Shown here piece by piece: positions 45,433 to 45,927 of a stretch of DNA of 45,927 nucleotides. Under the pieces are notes generated by a model. That model had not been told where the DNA came from. It did not search any database and saw only the letters and a list, made by a program, of their open reading frames with translations. Within the stretch, counting starts at the first letter, position 1, and each line of letters starts with the position of its first letter. The DNA comes from Patescibacteria group bacterium (GTDB lineage: Bacteria > Patescibacteriota > Minisyncoccia > Phycocordibacterales > Phycocordibacteraceae). A program made the position numbers and the translations under genes. The DNA is taken from contig JAGWWI010000004.1 in assembly GCA_018970465.1 (NCBI GenBank), forward strand, positions 1 to 45,927, in the 5' to 3' direction.

Positions 45433-45480
45433 TACATGAAGTATAACGCGTCGGAGATGAACTCCGGCGCGGTTGGCACA

Positions 45481-45735
45481 TCACTTCTCACTTTTCGGAC
45501 AAGGGAATGCGAGGTTCCCCCATCCGCCCGGAACTCGATCGGTCGCACCGCAGTTCACGCATATCTCGTCGTAGGTTGAGGCGTCGAGAGAAATGCGGGT
45601 CTCGTGGCTCGGATGCGGCCCGTGTGCGGCTGGAGCTGCACCCCGCTTTTCAAGAAGCGGCAGCACAGCTGCTTTTTCTTCGGGGGAACCAGAAAGAGCT
45701 ATGATTTTCAGTGCGTCGAGTACAGAGGTACCCAT
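45481..45735 (-). CDS. Small hypothetical protein with His/Cys motif
   Basis: 84 aa, AGGAGG SD; HPSH...CVNC...C; lower GC. Confidence 0.6.
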   Translation of the reverse strand: MGTSVLDALKIIALSGSPEEKAAVLPLLEKRGAAPAAHGPHPSHETRISLDASTYDEICVNCGATDRVPGGWGNLAFPCPKSEK

Positions 45736-45793
45736 CTCAAACCTCCTGAGGAGAATTGTTGCTCCTGTAGTATAGATTGAATTACCACCCCAA

Positions 45794-45927
45794 CCTAAAT
45801 TCACCCCTGAATTAGGACACCCTCGTTTTTGATAATACCTGCCGTTAAGGCAAGCTCCCGCGCACTCCGGTATCCGAGAATCCGCCTCGGCTTGTCGTTG
45901 ATGATAGCGCATGCTTGATTGATTTCC
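45794..45927 (-). mobile_element. 3' end of second IS30-family copy, truncated by window edge
   Basis: Minus strand reads EINQACAIINDKPRRILGYRSARE...VLIQG*; identical to 1-123 in reverse complement. Confidence 0.85.

Noticed and set aside
45736-45912. N-terminal extension of track ORF 45481..45912
   Set aside because: It reads through the IS30 end in a non-transposase frame; the SD-supported start is 45735.
1-45927. Terminal inverted repeats of a linear plasmid/phage, or a mobile composite transposon
   Set aside because: The repeat is a transposase 3' end and the interior is core chromosome (dnaA, polA, ribosomal proteins, tRNAs).

Overview
High-GC bacterial chromosome segment containing the dnaA region. 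Gene content points to a Patescibacteria/CPR (Parcubacteria-like) genome; this taxonomy is inference from the compact operons, short HolA/YebC/PolA, monoderm-type YidC, PrgI-VirB4-pilin locus and near-absence of Shine-Dalgarno sites. Both ends carry the same 123-bp 3' end of an IS30-family element in inverted orientation, so this is probably a contig broken at IS copies. Left to right: LysE-like gene; tRNA-Arg(CCG); a ~4.5-kb decayed integrative island of back-to-back gene fragments; rpsT, ruvA, murE; a free-standing HTH-LAGLIDADG gene starting 1 nt after tRNA-Lys(TTT); yvcK-like/HAD pair; ABC-F, holA, polA, tsaE; M15B carboxypeptidase; PilB/GspE ATPase; KGG stress protein; an unassigned ~220-nt structured RNA candidate; ruvB-yebC-ruvC; a 57-aa acidic ORF; class A PBP; dnaN-dnaA | rpmH-rnpA-yidC; a seven-gene T4SS-like locus; M50 protease; rpmB; degenerate ComEC-type MBL domain; SOD; comEC; rnhA; recJ; HIT; pgk; tpiA; a second, degenerate PilB-like ATPase. 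Strongest leads: the structured RNA at 20195-20417, window-wide leaderless promoters, pilus/competence proteins with lost catalytic motifs, an intact Zn-finger/excisionase-like gene in the recombinase island, and the tRNA-coupled LAGLIDADG gene. All family calls come from reading motifs by eye; no searches were run.
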